Source of the DNA: Octopus vulgaris
Taxonomy: Eukaryota
Direction: 5' to 3'
Assembly (NCBI GenBank): GCA_951406725.2
Contig: OX597827.1
Location: 62,186,001-62,250,000, forward strand
DNA: 64,000 nucleotides
Shown: positions 63,702-64,000 of the stretch, in pieces
How positions within the stretch are numbered: the first letter of the stretch is position 1
Layout of the letters: each line of letters opens with the position of its first letter
Notes under the pieces: model-generated
What the model saw: only the letters and a program-made list of their open reading frames with translations
The model's database searches: none
Told to the model about the DNA's origin: nothing
Translations under genes and position numbers: made by a program

Positions 63702-64000
63702 TAAATTGTTGATACACACATACACACACACACAAACAAATACGTGAACAGTTGTGTACAGATACACATACAGACACATACATTTACACATGTACAGTCG
63801 CACTTACGTATATGTACATAAATATATTGCATCAATACATTATACTTGACTGGTATTGATTTTGTTGATGCCGGAAATACGAAAGGTGAGATTGAGTTCA
63901 AAACTTAAAGGGACACTACAAAAATCCTGTCTGACCTTTCGTTCGGAACTGCTCTGTTTCCAACACTTTAATGCTTTAAGCTTTACCAACGCCACTGATA

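Overview
This 64-kb window is eukaryotic (animal), AT-rich and saturated with repeats; it looks intronic or intergenic. I can support no intact host protein-coding gene, and most ORF-track entries are translations of microsatellites. The SINE families and very high microsatellite load resemble octopus (cephalopod) DNA, but that assignment is from recall and unverified. Contents: (1) four dispersed SINE-like families, here called A-D, some with clear target-site duplications (TSDs); (2) decayed Tc1 and mariner transposase remnants; (3) two non-autonomous Helitrons sharing a 3' end, one carrying a Pif1-type helicase fragment; (4) a MITE with 48-bp TIRs and an 8-bp TSD inside a 167-bp tandem array; (5) a Penelope-like endonuclease C-terminal remnant; (6) a cluster of R4/Dong-type non-LTR retrotransposon pieces, each embedded in (TAA)n, at 58.7-62.6 kb; (7) many long fold-back inverted repeats. 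The most striking signal is at least eight type I hammerhead-ribozyme motifs in short, non-coding, Penelope-like (retrozyme-like) repeats from several different families. Four have an intact CUGANGA/GAAA/UH core. All alignments and folds were done by eye, so element boundaries are approximate unless a TSD or terminus is quoted.
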